64,000 nt of DNA from assembly GCA_047495785.1 (NCBI GenBank), contig JBLDXI010000020.1, forward strand, positions 2,914,001 to 2,978,000. The letters run 5' to 3'. The notes beneath the pieces are model-generated. The model had not been told where the DNA came from. It saw only the letters and a program-made list of their open reading frames with translations, and searched no databases. Below, in pieces: positions 63,040 through 64,000 of the stretch. Numbering within the stretch: the first letter of the stretch is position 1; each line of letters starts with the position of its first letter. This stretch comes from Lepidodermella squamata (Eukaryota > Animalia > Gastrotricha). A program made the translations under genes and the position numbers.

Positions 63040-64000
63040 GCCAAAATTTATTACAGCTCGTTTACGTGTTTTTGGCTTCATTATTCCCTTGATAATTTCC
63101 ACCTAAACCGCAAGCTGTAGTTATAATGAGGAAAAAACAGTTACGTATAATTTTCTTCACAGCTTTTCACACCATCATGCAATTGAAGTGGCATTTCAAT
63201 GATGACCTCTCAACGACGTTAATTGGCACACTTAACACGTATCTTATTTTCGGCTTGCGCGCGCATCTCATAATAAAATAACGGAAAAAGTTCACTTCTT
63301 TAGCTATAAATTTCATTTTTTGTGTAAAGCTTGGATTCGTAAACATGTTGCTTTTTCAAGCCGGTCGCCATTGCCCTAGATAATTTAAACCCTTAATCTG
63401 TAGGTTAGAATACTTTTTTCATAGGTTGGCTTGTGATGATACACACTATCATGCAGTGAAATTGATGCTTGGATGACCTCTCAACGATGTTAATCGCCAC
63501 GCGGTTCAATTTCGACATTAGCGCGTAAAATTGAGATCGTAATTCATAAAAAAATAACGTAATACACAACAAAGTTCATTTTTTGTCTATAAATGACTTT
63601 GAACCTGTTGACAAAAACTTGTCCGAAATTAGGAAAATAATGCGAAGCTGCAATATAGAGCTTTGGGCATATATTTCATATTTTTGTATAGATAGCATAT
63701 GTTGGATTCGTAAACATGTAGCTTTTTCAAGCCGGTCGCCATTGCCCTAGATAATTTAACCCCTTAAACTGTGGGTAAGGAGAATTTTTTTTCTTAGGTT
63801 GGCTTTTGATGATACACACTATCATGCAGTGAAATTGATGTTTAGATGACCTCTCAACGATGCTAATACGCACATGTTTCTCATTCTCGACATGAGCGTG
63901 TAAAATTAAGATCCTTATTCATAAAAAACATAGCGTAAAAAAACATCAGGAAAAAGTTTAGTTTTTTGTCTAAATGACATTGAACCTGTTGACAAAAAAA
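63040..64000 (+). repeat. Tandem repeat with ~370-bp unit (two close copies plus one degenerate copy)
   Basis: TTGGATTCGTAAACATG..GCCGGTCGCCATTGCCCTAGATAATTTAA at ~63332 and ~63702; GATGACCTCTCAACGA occurs three times. Confidence 0.85.

Overview
This is eukaryotic (metazoan, invertebrate-like) genomic DNA. Introns are mostly ~45-65 nt GT-AG, so the ORF track fragments most genes; I rebuilt the gene models by hand and exon boundaries are approximate. The window is a chain of tandem gene families. From left to right: an OTU-protease pseudogene interrupted by a pogo-like transposase fragment; the first exon of a C2H2 zinc-finger gene; an orphan membrane-protein gene between long inverted repeats; five atypical Kunitz genes; three pepsin/cathepsin-D-family aspartic proteases plus a remnant; four intact and one pseudogenised GABA-B-like class C GPCR genes; three intron-rich NIT-type receptor guanylyl-cyclase-like genes; and three genes fusing C2H2 zinc fingers to a very divergent p300/CBP (KAT11) acetyltransferase-like domain. 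Many MITEs are scattered through it. Two systems stand out. (1) The zinc-finger + p300/CBP-HAT-fold family lacks the catalytic Tyr/Trp/Asp-Ser residues in all three copies, suggesting DNA-targeted pseudo-acetyltransferases. (2) The NIT-type cyclases keep only the metal/phosphate-binding (C1/alpha-like) half of the active site, suggesting obligate heterodimer subunits or pseudo-cyclases. All family assignments come from remembered motifs; no database search was run.
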